62,127 bases of DNA. Source: Thermoanaerobaculia bacterium (GTDB lineage Bacteria; Acidobacteriota; Thermoanaerobaculia; Gp7-AA8). Shown in pieces: positions 30,601-36,000 of this stretch. The notes beneath the pieces were generated by a model. It ran no database searches. It saw only the letters and a list, made by a program, of their open reading frames with translations, and had not been told where the DNA came from. The DNA lies in NCBI GenBank assembly GCA_036387915.1, contig DASVSV010000208.1:1-62127 (forward strand). Direction: 5' to 3'. The position numbers and the translations under genes are program-made. Each line of letters opens with the position of its first letter. The first letter of the stretch is position 1.

Positions 30601-33095
30601 GTGAACGTCGCTTCCGCACTGCCGCTGTGGCCGAGGTTGTCGGTGGCGGTGGCGTGGATGCGGTATTCGCCGTCGGCGGTGATGGTCGTGCCGGACGTGT
30701 ACGTGGCGCCGTTCAGCGTCGCGCGGACCGGCGCGTCCGGCATTGCGCGCAACACCGGTGTGATGGCGCGGTTGTAGAGCGTGCCGTTCACGATCGGGAG
30801 GCCGCTCTCGCGGATCTCGACGGCCGGCGCGTTCGTGCGCACGACGACGCTGTACGCGACCGAGGCGCTGTTGCCGGCGCGGTCGGTGGCGACGAGCGTG
30901 AAGCGGTTCGTGCCTTCCGCGAACGGCACGCCGGCGATGGTGAAGCTGCCGCCGGCGCCCGGCGTCGCGGAGAGAGAGGTCGCGTCGACGGTCACGGTCG
31001 CGACGTCGGTGTCGGTCTTCGCGGCGATGGCGTTCGGCGTCGTACCGACGGTGCCGCCGTTCGCGGGCTGGAACTCGCGAATGGAGGGCGCGGTGAGATC
31101 GATCGTGAACTCGACCGTCTTCTCCGTCGCGTGCCCGGCGCAGTCCGTGGCCTTCACCACGAGCTTGTGCGCGCCTTCACCGTCGACGGACGTGCCGGAG
31201 GTGTACGCGGCGCCGTCGAGCGTTGCCGTGACGGTGACGTTGGGATCGGTGTCGGTGGCGCGGACGAACAGCGACACCGCGCGATTGGTGAGCGTGGTGG
31301 TGAACGGCGCGCCGCCGGCAGTCACTTCGATTGCGGGGGCGGTGCGGTCGACGATCACGCCGCGCGAGCGGGAGGCGGTGTGGCCGGTCGTGTCGCGCGC
31401 CTCGACCGTGATCAGCAGTTTGCCTTCCGTCGCCGGAATGCTCGCCGTCCACGCGCCGCCGGTGACGGTCGCATTCACCCCGTTCACTCTCACGAAGTCG
31501 AGGCGCCCCTCGGCCACAGTGCCGCTGACGGTGATCGTGGCCGCGTCGACGCAGGCGTCGGCGGCGGGGGTGGTGATGGTGAGCTCGGGGGCGCGCGTGT
31601 CGACGGCCAGCGAGAGCGTGGCGGTGCCGGTGTTGCCGGCGCGGTCGGTGCCGGTGGCGACGATGGTGTTCGCCCCTTCGAGCAGCGCGACGGGGCCGGT
31701 GAAGGTCTTCGCGGTCGCGTCGACGGTGGCGGGGGTGCCGCCGAGGGTGACGGTGACGGCGTCGTCGGAGCCGCCGATGACGATGGCCTGCGCTGCAGTG
31801 AGCACGGCGCCGTTCTGGTGCGAGGTGAAGGTCAGGACCGGCGCGGTCTTGTCGATGGTGAACGTGAACGGACCGGCCGTCGTCGTCCAGCCGGCTTCGT
31901 CGACGGCGGTGAGGGAGAGCTGGTGCGTTCCTTCGATGCCGTACGCGAGGCCGGGCGTGTAGGGCTGGCCGTCGATGGTGGCGCTGACGACGGTGTTGCT
32001 GACGTCGACCACGGTCGCGGTGATGACCACGTCGCGGTTGAAGTAGAAGTTCGCGGGGAAGGCGTTGCCGCTCTCGAGCGCCGACACCACGGGCGGCGTC
32101 TTGTCGACGAGGAACTTGCGCTCGGTCTCGCTGGCGTTGCCGGCGCTGTCGGACGCGCGCACGAGCAGCGTGTGCCAGCGCTCCGTCGTCACCGGCGTGA
32201 GCGAGGTGTACGGCGCGCCGTTGAGCGTCGCGGTGAAGTTGACGGCGGAGAGGTCGTCGGTGACTTTGACCTCCGGCGTGGCGTCGCGCTTGAAGACGGT
32301 GCCGTCGGCGAGCGGCGTGCCGCTCTCGAGGATGGAGATCAGCGGCGCGGTGAAGTCGACGGGGGACTTCGCGAAGAGGTCGTCGACGTACGCCTCCCCT
32401 TTCACCGCGGACCAGATGCCGATGCGGCCGGAGGTCAGACGCGACGAGGCGGCGTCGACGGCGTCGATGGAGAACGTTTGCGGCTCGGTCGAGCCTTCAG
32501 GCCAGAAGCGGGCGCGGATCTTCGTGGAGTTGTCGGCGTCGTCGACCTCGATGACGAAGCGGTACCACTTGTTGACGTCGACCGAGACGTTGCTGTCGAC
32601 GGTGCCGGAGATCGAGCCGGCACCGAAGCCGAAGAGCTGCATGGTCAGCTTGCCGGCCGGCGTGGACCAGAGTCCGATGAGGTAGTAGCTGTCGCTCTGC
32701 GGATACGAGGAGAGGAACGTCAGTCCGATGCGCGTGTCGTCGCTGGTGCGGAGCAGGCGCCCGCGGTACTCGAAGCGGCCCCTGGCCGAGAAGGTCTTCG
32801 GCGCGTGCGTGGAGAACGTGCCGATGCGCGGGTTGCTGCCTTCCGGCTTGCCCGAGCTCTGCTTCGTCCCGTACACGACGTTCGGGTTCTTCTTGTCGAT
32901 CGGGTCGGGCCACGTCTTGTACAGGCCCTGCGCCTCCGGCCGCGGCTGGCCGATGGAGTTGTCGATCCAGCCCGGCGGGTTGGCCTGCGTACCGTAGGCC
33001 TGGAAGCCGTCGATGAACTCGACTTCGGGCGGCGGGGTCTGCGCGAGGGCGAGGCTCGCGAACAGCACAGCAATCAGCGTGGCAGTTCTTCTCAT
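15648..33095 (-). CDS. Giant (5,815 aa) secreted RHS/YD-repeat polymorphic toxin with LamG, Ig-like array, TTR-like domain and propeller-like region
   Basis: Uninterrupted 17.4-kb ORF with a signal peptide. Contains many YD-type repeats (YxYDxxGR/N), an RHS-associated core end motif, and a variable C-terminal extension followed by an overlapping small ORF. Confidence 0.92.
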   Translation of the reverse strand: MRRTATLIAVLFASLALAQTPPPEVEFIDGFQAYGTQANPPGWIDNSIGQPRPEAQGLYKTWPDPIDKKNPNVVYGTKQSSGKPEGSNPRIGTFSTHAPKTFSARGRFEYRGRLLRTSDDTRIGLTFLSSYPQSDSYYLIGLWSTPAGKLTMQLFGFGAGSISGTVDSNVSVDVNKWYRFVIEVDDADNSTKIRARFWPEGSTEPQTFSIDAVDAASSRLTSGRIGIWSAVKGEAYVDDLFAKSPVDFTAPLISILESGTPLADGTVFKRDATPEVKVTDDLSAVNFTATLNGAPYTSLTPVTTERWHTLLVRASDSAGNASETERKFLVDKTPPVVSALESGNAFPANFYFNRDVVITATVVDVSNTVVSATIDGQPYTPGLAYGIEGTHQLSLTAVDEAGWTTTAGPFTFTIDKTAPVLTFTSHQNGAVLTAAQAIVIGGSDDAVTVTLGGTPATVDATAKTFTGPVALLEGANTIVATGTDRAGNTGTATLSLAVDTRAPELTITTPAADACVDAATITVSGTVAEGRLDFVRVNGVNATVTGGAWTASIPATEGKLLITVEARDTTGHTASRSRGVIVDRTAPAIEVTAGGAPFTTTLTNRAVSLFVRATDTDPNVTVTATLDGAAYTSGTSVDGEGAHKLVVKATDCAGHATEKTVEFTIDLTAPSIREFQPANGGTVGTTPNAIAAKTDTDVATVTVDATSLSATPGAGGSFTIAGVPFAEGTNRFTLVATDRAGNSASVAYSVVVRTNAPAVEIRESGLPIVNGTLYNRAITPVLRAMPDAPVRATLNGATYTSGTTITADGEYRIHATATDNLGHSGSAEATFTIDRTPPAVTIASPANDAVIRSDRVEVRGTVTGAVAATINGAPLTLGDGGSFAVELPLDYGANAIFIAARDAAGNNGRADVTVLRDDAGAGIILTYPADRSITNRRSTDVAGRLLTAGRGTTVTIGTQSVPVDAPGGFRLTGYALTEGENTITATATASNGLQTSASTHVTADFTPPSLTILESSQPLSDGARFATRAAISLDASDAGGSVTTELTIDGTVAAAPSSVTAAGGHSVVATARDRAGNQSRAERMFFIGAATATADCKLEGFDPTNNAVVLSSSVTIVGRSGGAIGVKANGVPAVVADGSFSATVELPNEGTNVVTVNCTDANGTPTGTPATLTLQRVTGDPSININTPAEGFVTSQETIAVSGTVGPGVTSADVNGVAATITGTTFTVPTVRLADGLNIIVAHGRNAAGRTATASRRGVYEKDAPSIAISTPTANATTGVNRITVSGTYTNIDPASIVVTNLSGNQTRPANAERFSDTTGAFAAIDVPLSSGDQTLRVSGRDRLNREATATVVVKLVAGSPGISITSPASQSWFGPGSNTFTVTGTFTAEAGALVDVNGNGATISGSSYTATATFSPVSGATTPVVARVTEPDGTSAATVIFVTRLNDAPKVVESFPAQNATEVDAGALLLVLFSQPMDVASLSGGFRLEDANGAPVSGSLYLDKDVLTFAPSTLLAKGGRYTMRVNGAAKNLAGTAVAEAYASSFTVASSAPSTPPNVDPVGSAVCGQSMSVTGTAAPGARVRLESGTLVLTTSADSHGRFTFTYPMSGQSGFTVVRVRVVGSDGSLSPAAELTVRVDCSGPQVLNAAFDRTVNKLTISFSEALDASTVSVGGAGIVLTLGDGTTVAGTTSVAGNSVTVTPASDLTQRAFTLTVGTQIEDTTGNKLTTPYTQEFTLAGGQPETGDGSGFISGEVYDATTGRPLPGVTIAVDVASPAPVTTTTDARGRYLARLPEGAHTISAAHAGYTSVFREIIVPAGAGVIPIDIRLTHRGPSQTSTGAALALTHGGDTGITRKVDLAVPSAASGAKVTLTAISAQALTGLLPLGWSPIASAEVQLENAPSLSAATLTFHTPAGAVTSAAQNLTAVHYDAVRDEWRVLASSVNVAGDGRASFPIPGAGAYALVYSDKAPGLTPPPLPVVGDVLQGVPAAPATAPELVERDFKLDPAIVVPTGRTVATLRIEGAGEAKFPSGTAVQAYIDEELRLADGSRLLDPPFATDLLLYRNLSGDLGIADFHLAPSAKAAQVILEVGFDHIRILPYPGRLDRGTLIGSEGGRVPADDKVAIEIPTGAVPEPLRATATSLNASDLAAVGNIAGFRVVGGFQLTLQRAVQPAPQDLDGDGQPDAIAGVELFVPARATFSVDAAKMPAPNAQVILAELLDQTPYGRIVRLAAPMMAVDPSQTATPAIRFTTRSIDRSALPVDGVVREGRYIVLAADAPIAFATGTVRMRDLTGRLLSDARVIANPLGVHELTRTNGIYNVPVPAKPAAPFTLVPRHTTTGDGATYTHAAQVDPDAVVRVDLLLVPQPPVLGNVTIFKGDPPSQAALTFGTVTRDVALTTNIRAAFTPAIDPASVTNESITVVNAITGKTVSGRAASEGTTGVIWTLTAGERFEPNTAYSVVISQSIRGTNGATLARSASFSFATVAVFVNTQIRRERIRITIPNEAGISRITGDAGALPAGWQAVATRRVRDFFVRYQATAASDGSFSFLIGDDDVRDRVTTGDLIDLQVVNTNGALAGIYALTPFVTEDGKGFVAPAGAAVTFTSPEGITVNVPEGAFDTPTIVTVNSAQKAEFLDIPELEAENNYATSVNIDFEGFANKPLDVEVAVPPGLNTTGRDFILAWKGMSVRGPRLAVVDMMQVKDGKFTTVLDEETQNAKIGVTNLKTGTNSTLVGRQARDYMLRLIRGGRYMVLDIKVPVGGSVGWGVMEGLQTGYDLMWDIFWSYYDPYVHNFERGGRIIPVITGRPFTVYGIDRATGLQAFQRAYDPIPVGEPGEIATIPTPQQNDSGPYPVFGSPFRVEILDLDVEDIEIRTVRNFSVTVANDNVVVSPSDDPLDSELHVQLLNVKQGTSVSGTAGGSLSIGAKLGDRIVLLIEQKDVDASHPVSIVLNEAIFLGENPSDDGAVDAFLHTQLKLEQAPEPASGGQPNYTDITAHARFTVDSGEKRINIILPGALQREAVYRLTLKGTLTDATTEGAGLKLGAGTVPAANNNLVAVGGGADLPLIFHVRKPEGEIGSFMAADTGVIRGMAMHGNALMVAALDGGLRTFDMSNPAAINGTAPQLSHIGPPNTIYKTMAVQVDRHGRVVTTADLNIVGVMLTYRVEDLVAGATVQQSKASSIINWKLGYSSMIGLPSNTILSDRPESIPFRVKIVNQDDTTDFADRQLFVAGTGASETADFPIEDLKSYNVTVPFSNDTYNYQRITIENPDLDMSWSADATIGGSATLKNVLARPTDKLRIVKNRRAYAVVAHLGYGVGVYDINAMESNRYPGTTQANRYKEQHFLGNGIVGRECGIEPPIWAIGENYINTDVEVRGDPSGDLYIFANHPSKGVLDYRVHLSGSAAGTPSNDATCDQRGETGLLFRTFPPGNEAPRMQALRNAIGSPNMHTMSMSQVHWSVTAEENTRGIRGTLRDLPAQRDYLLVAALDYGIVVVETTGDPFFTPPFPLDDYHIADVIWIPGGAVGLRVMQDSNTAVVTDKNGRVLLVDLSRIDERFDADGNYVEGLFPTAAKAIAGTPSDPNEIGADDPRIIWKSEPGLTAGSQPPIFDASTGIIYGANMAARVVKAVSAVDPVVKMKVNLGNGLTEVGGVIPLGVAIPDHLKTTIDGLCAGKPAPCKENASMGAFRLEVGLPGGLLNSMPNNELWMAVESERIAGAITEQTPNGFPRAHLRRKRRDGTSETGDRAATNFKFKRVVPDALASQLKYQRGYNRYMSPWIVAVSDPRASEQYNWNGASKEKKAEAGCYACERPEFLKTKTESDGIYELYTNGRYLTVRPELAGLGDDTVFEGTEYEYLGKQKRMSGLFTTIMADTIRPTEVLTAGQNPPVATGMIAETIFLHSGELHSATTDLNVGGRAGTELLVERTYRSRTMGGSVFGQGWDSALLRRLRALPNGDVEYRDGSDVWTFKYVNGDYKAPEGLFLKLARTGRGWSIIDQQWRVTDFDDLGRITLETDEFYDPSAPGSGNLIRYVYDETGRLAQVVDPVQRATKFTYWKESEAGASGAFPGMIRQVTDWRDRKIDYEYQSASGTLTKVKLAEVQNVSGGRPAVAYEYGPGGGGFNDVLEMRTNLARITAPHEVLSGGGPRLEFTYDPSSGFKRDRLLAQKWGTGETASFNYNGPTSVSTTDTLGQARTYSLTQQPTNPYADRAHILSITETAVRTSTAPFGQLPGSISPGVPPAGSQDRTYRFTYGPGGNYATASLDGVRSTTFTWKNVEPEAPGYVMTGSNTTGGAAPPVAQTIAYQAGANLATFISSMTANGLKIDSPEPSRNNKNTSANNDQINETEKFDASGQLTTIAGSGGTDASSAGSSATITYAPATDSPHRRALPTSIVDGGLLTKLDYPSATKTVETDARGTVTTIEYDKWQRPIHMSASGGIDEKWEYDATGKLRKHTRKQGSDDVTTTYTYDIMGRQTSESVTGVADVGTATTTIQYNGRTIVTNHPSGAVTTMIVDSLGRPIGRELTTGGSPIVAHYTHDLEDNVVAESDLLTATAFAYDAQGNLTGVLSSDGTRTVATIDAMGNPLTIEERDASGSVLRSWTMQYAGGRLRSVTRTAGSQSTTMEVAWDGAGRTTGVSAGGRAQRTEFDAAGRVQSTASGAGSATSISQIFEQAQASGHSGRLPQKMQKTEKGGGSYSMAMQYNTLGEAVAQTLGSLSWTKQYDQMGNVTASSSPQRGTHTYSYDSQGSMKRETLPGGASTTFGYNAAGTMNSYTDPSSEVTATQTDLIGRATQRTYRDGTTEKIVWEGSRVKSITDRQGRLQTFEYNAKGQIERTTGGSGVVLDEYTYDPAGRITRWKTPDAVVDYDDYDGEGRAGKTTQSRYRGGTLIDQYEQRHTYNEHGERTSFTMPTYSGFSSANAWTRSVTQQHDAMGNLIGIERQMSGGAGSGSLLQADYRNANRPDRRVVTTVTGSQIVRDYGYDSGTGLPNKMEVKSGGLTVAGSFVTWDGIQKSRAQLLGVSGGARADEWTYDGRGRLTATSLARDGGSTPDGADLNSADFRSALMRTKTTPVDPPSLLFSEAPGHKIASMQRGSAAEAFSFNGGERSEDGQFIYEYDLKGRLSVVTQKSASPRRVKYFYSGDDRMVGRRAEYAGATSNPTETDWKLEDRFEVIAADALPPDATFVWDPVDDQLVAIYKAGASQNPQIDENGGLVRQIIHGGARYDDPLEVAAADGTAPNGVARLYPIYDEGGAGSLDAILNEQGRIVSRSVEGGPYGEDEAVLKGSAVDRVSVSARRDPDGKITAVDVLLRSTEHFAPSTLAAGVRLAVIDAAGKVVRAATNAPSLINSATVQWSLTEAEWNTLVSTEPVVVDGQTLTPSALSIAVTKDARAEAWSSAQPFLAAPAWAVATKPVYTSALLPLEVRESLANLSQWLAALPADEQQTTALYDVPSLYALGTPRMAGSPIGNPVTLIVSSSFHAHPFLDPMTGKSYVRARWFDPRTGTWLTPDPRGYVDSPNLYAYAANDPINKNDPTGEAWGFAVDIAFAAWDTYQYATGGIDGKEYAMRMALTGASVLANVATGGMGGGVLVRAASMAGRAGRVVRTVLRASVIVNRVDNAVTVAQTAISLHEAVVHGDYTRGGVSAAQLALTALGAKRGRNVRGQAVSNRTPAAAANLGERRAGKIERARNAQLYPGYGGQDKYRITRLKKGQLIYGAFPGQGQWYTDLATIKKSKLNQKDYHDLVQVDMRPGKYPPRDRIQAYRVKEDIEVPAGLTRANRQHGGGGGFQYFIESYADVLEPVRVFNMKK
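15651..16022 (-). other. C-terminal toxin domain, possibly TNT/ART-fold (NAD+-targeting) like
   Basis: The last ~125 aa read YGGQDKYRITRLKKGQLIYGAFPGQGQWYTD....RIQAYRVKEDIEVPAGLTRANRQHGGGGGFQYFI. The Y.V....V..G........GGG.QY pattern resembles the C-terminal signature of TNT (PF14021)-type NAD glycohydrolases as I remember it. This was not verified by search. Confidence 0.35.
16095..16469 (-). other. Hydrophobic, Gly/Ala-rich linker between the RHS core end and the toxin domain
   Basis: AWGFAVDIAFAAWDTYQY...ALTGASVLANVATGGMGGGVLVRAASMAGRAG has glycine-zipper-like hydrophobic stretches directly after DPTGE. Confidence 0.5.
16470..21392 (-). repeat. RHS/YD-repeat shell region (about 1,641 aa, residues 3902-5542)
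   Basis: Begins FLHSGELHSATTDLNVGGRAG...ERTYRSR...GQGW. Dozens of YD repeats follow (YVYDETGRL, YTYDIMGRQ, FAYDAQGNL, YSYDSQGSM, YTYDPAGRI, WTYDGRGRL, YEYDLKGRL). It ends with RARWFDPRTGTWLTPDPRGYVDSPNLYAYAANDPINKNDPTGE (16470-16598), matching the RHS repeat-associated core consensus. Confidence 0.9.
22176..23858 (-). other. LVIVD-like beta-propeller-like region upstream of the YD shell (about residues 3080-3640)
   Basis: Repeated segments are of the type GMAMHGNALMVAALDGGLRTFDMSNPA, AYAVVAHLGYGVGVYDINA, DYLLVAALDYGIVVVETTGDP and AVVTDKNGRVLLVDLSRI. Boundaries are approximate. Confidence 0.5.
27606..27854 (-). other. Carboxypeptidase-regulatory-like (TTR-like) domain
   Basis: ISGEVYDATTGRPLPGVTIAVD...TTDARGRYLARLPEGAHTISAAHAGY. 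Confidence 0.7.
28746..32363 (-). repeat. Array of about 14 diverged bacterial Ig-like domains (about residues 245-1450), followed by two SbsA_Ig/Big_5-like domains
   Basis: Roughly 85-aa periodicity with boundary motifs D(K/R/T)T(A/P)P(V/A/E/S)(V/L/I) and RD/TD..AGN. Examples are DKTPPVV, DKTAPVL, DTRAPEL, DRTAPAI, DLTAPSI, DRTPPAV and DFTPPSL. PKVVESFPAQNATEVD...FSQPMD is Big_5-like. Confidence 0.75.
32367..33023 (-). other. LamG / concanavalin-A-like lectin domain
   Basis: Residues about 25-243: FEYRGRLLRTSDDTRIGLTFLS...YYLIGLW...NKWYRFVIEV...IRARFWPEG...GRIGIWSAVKGEAYVDDL is a typical Laminin_G_3-like pattern. Confidence 0.6.
33039..33095 (-). other. Sec signal peptide of the RHS giant
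   Basis: MRRTATLIAVLFASLALAQ/TPP shows n-h-c organisation with an A-x-A-type cleavage site. Confidence 0.8.
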
Positions 33096-33098
33096 TCT

Positions 33099-36000
33099 CT
33101 ATTCCTGGGGCCAGACGATGGTGGTGTAGTGGTTTTCGCCGGCAACGAAGATGGTGTTGCCGGCCACGTCGACGTCGGTGACGTTGCCGGGGGTTTTCTG
33201 ATTGCCGAGGATCACCGGCGCGCTCTTGTTGGTGACGTCGACGAAGGTGACGCCCGGACCTCCGGCGTCGGCGACGGCGAGGTGATTCGGACCGGCCATG
33301 TCGATGCCGCGGGCGATGCCCGGAGTGTTGACGATGGTCTTGACGGTCGGCGTGAACGGATTGGTCATGTCGACGATGGCCACCCCCGCGTCGCCGCCGG
33401 CGACGTAGAGCGTGTTGCCGTCGAGCATCGCGTCGAGCGGCTCGAAGTTGGGGATGTCGATGTCGGCGATCTTCACCAGCGCGTTGATGTTGGTGCGGTG
33501 GATGACGGCGATGTCGTGGCCGATGCCCCCGGGGCGGTCGGTGGTGAGCGCGATCAGATACGAGGAGCCCATCGTCACGAGCGAGCGCCAGAGCAGGCCG
33601 CCGGTGCCCATCCCCTGCGACCGCACGTAGAGCGGCGCGGCCGGGTTGGCGACGTTGTAGATGTGGATGCGCGCGTCGTTGTGCCAGTCCTTCTCCGCGG
33701 TGAAGGCGTAGTCGCCGGCGACGGCGATCGCTCCCTCGGAGCCGCTGGGATTGCCGTTCGTGGCCACGTTCATCGTCATCGCGGGGTCGGTGAGGTTGAC
33801 CGTGGCGATGCGCTCGGCGGCAAAGAACGCGTAGCCGTTCGCGAAGACGACGTCGTTCAGCGCGCCGGAGTTGGAGAAGAAGTACTGCGGCGACTGTCCC
33901 TTGCGGTGGAGCATGTACCGCGCGGAGCCGCCGATGGCGGTGCCGTAGAACGAGCCGGTCATGGCCACCGTGTTCGTGCCGTCGCTGACGATGCGGCGCG
34001 CGCGGAAGTTGCCGTCGGCCGCGGTGACGGGGTTGGTGACGACGCTCGTCACGACGCCGTGCATCGGGGTGAGGTCGCGCGTGGTCGTGCGGCCGGCGGC
34101 GTCGGTGATGGTGACGGTGAGCTTCTGCGCCGGTGTCGCGGCGACGGTGGCGGTAAATGAGCCGTTCGCGTTGACGGTGACGGACGGTGAGGGGACAGAG
34201 GTGACGGTGTTGGTCACGTGCGCGGTGAGCGGGGCGATACCGGTCGCGGCCAGCGCGGCACCGGTGACGGTGGTCGCGGTCAACGCCGGCGTGACGGTCA
34301 GCAGCGACTCGTTGAGCATCGGCGGCAGCGCGACGTTGGCGATCGCGGTGACTCCGAGCTCGCTGGCGACATACATCGCGCCGCGGCTGAGGGCAACGTC
34401 GTACGCGGAGCCGGGCACCGGCTGCGAACCGGTCTCCAGCGGCGCGAGGGCGTTCGTGACGTCGATCATGTTGATGCCGTTCGCGCCGTTCGCCACGGCC
34501 AGCACGGAGCCGGCGATGTCGAGGTTGCGCGCCGCTCCGAGGTAGACGGTCGACAGCACGACCGGAGCGGCCGGGTTGCTGAGGTCGACGATGGCCACGG
34601 AACCGTTCGTGCCGTTGATGTATGCGCGGTTGCCGAGCACGCGGCCGTGGAAGGCGTCGAAGTTCGGGATGTCGAGCTGCGACACGAGGCGGAGGTTGTG
34701 GATGTCGCGGCGGTCGATGACCAGCACGTCGCGGCCGATGTTGTTCGGACGGTCGTAGCTGGTGCCGATCAGGTAGTCGGTGCCGAACGCGATCAGGTCG
34801 TTGAAGCGCATCCCGCCGACGCCCACCCCCTGCGAGCGGATGTAGAGCGGCGTTCCGGGCGAGGTGACGTCGTAGACGTGCACGCGGCCGTCGTTGTGCC
34901 AGTCCCACTCCGCCGTGAACGCGTAGCCGTCGACGAGCTCGACGGCGCTCTCCGAACCGCTCGGGTTGCCGTTGGCGGCGTAGTTCAGCGTGGACGTCGT
35001 GCTGCTCAGGTTGAGGGTGATCAGACGCTCGGCAGCGATGTAGGCCCAGCCGTTCTTCACGTCGACGTCCGAGACGATTCCGGCGCCGGTGGCGAGCGTG
35101 CGCTCGTACACCGGATTGCCGGGCGTGGTCACGTCGAAGAGGAGCAGTTTGTCGGAGCTGGTAATGGTGGGGAAGCTCGCCACCACGAGGTCATCACCGT
35201 CCGCGGCCACGGTGCGTGCGCCGAAGTTGGAGTCGGTCATGGTCATGGCCGCGGTGAGGGTGATGTGGCGTGTCTGCAATCCGAACGGAACGTTGCCGAG
35301 GGTGAGCGGGCCGGAGACGCGGCCGGCGGCGTCGGTGACTTTGATCGTCAGCGGGTCGCCCGGCTTCCCGGTGAGCTGCGCGTTGAAGCTGCCGTTGCCA
35401 CCGACGACCGCCGCCGCGCTGACGCCGGTGCGGCCGTTGCGGACCTCGGCCTCGAGGGGACCGTAGCCGAGGAGCGCGCCGGCGGTGCCGATGACGGTGG
35501 CGGCGGAGACGCCGTCTCCGGACGTCCGGATCAGCGAGCGGTCGATGAGCGGCGGGGTGGCCAAGCCGTCGATGACGGCCAGGCCGATCTCGTTGGCGAC
35601 GTAGAGGGTGGTCCCGTTGAACGCGGCGTCCCAGGCCGAGCCGCCCAGCGGCTGATTGCCGAGCACGGCCGGGAGGCCGGCCGGTGAGGCGTCGACGAAC
35701 GTCGCGCCGGCGCTGCTGTCGGCGACCGCGAGGAGCGATCCGGCGGTGGCAATTGCGCGCGGGTTGCCCGGCGTCTGCACCAGTCCGCGCAGCGCGGGCG
35801 CGGCGGGATTGGCGAGGTCGACGACCGCCATCGACGTAGCGCCGGTGACGTAGAGGTTCGTGCCGACGACCCTGGCCTGGAACGCGTCGAAGTTCGGGAT
35901 CTCGAGCTCCCCGAAGCGCTTGAGGTTGTAAATGTCGCGGCGGTCGATGACCACCACGTCGCGGCCGATATTGCCCGGACGGTCGTAGCTGATGCCGATC

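Noticed and set aside
15648-33095. Interpretation as a T6SS Rhs effector, a two-partner-secretion CdiA-like toxin, or a canonical TcC.
   Set aside because: The N-terminus is a cleavable Sec signal peptide followed by LamG and Ig domains. I see no PAAR or VgrG-interacting prefix, no TPS domain or FHA-type haemagglutinin repeats, no VENN motif, and no adjacent vgrG, hcp, tpsB, tcA or tcB genes. The whole genome still needs checking.
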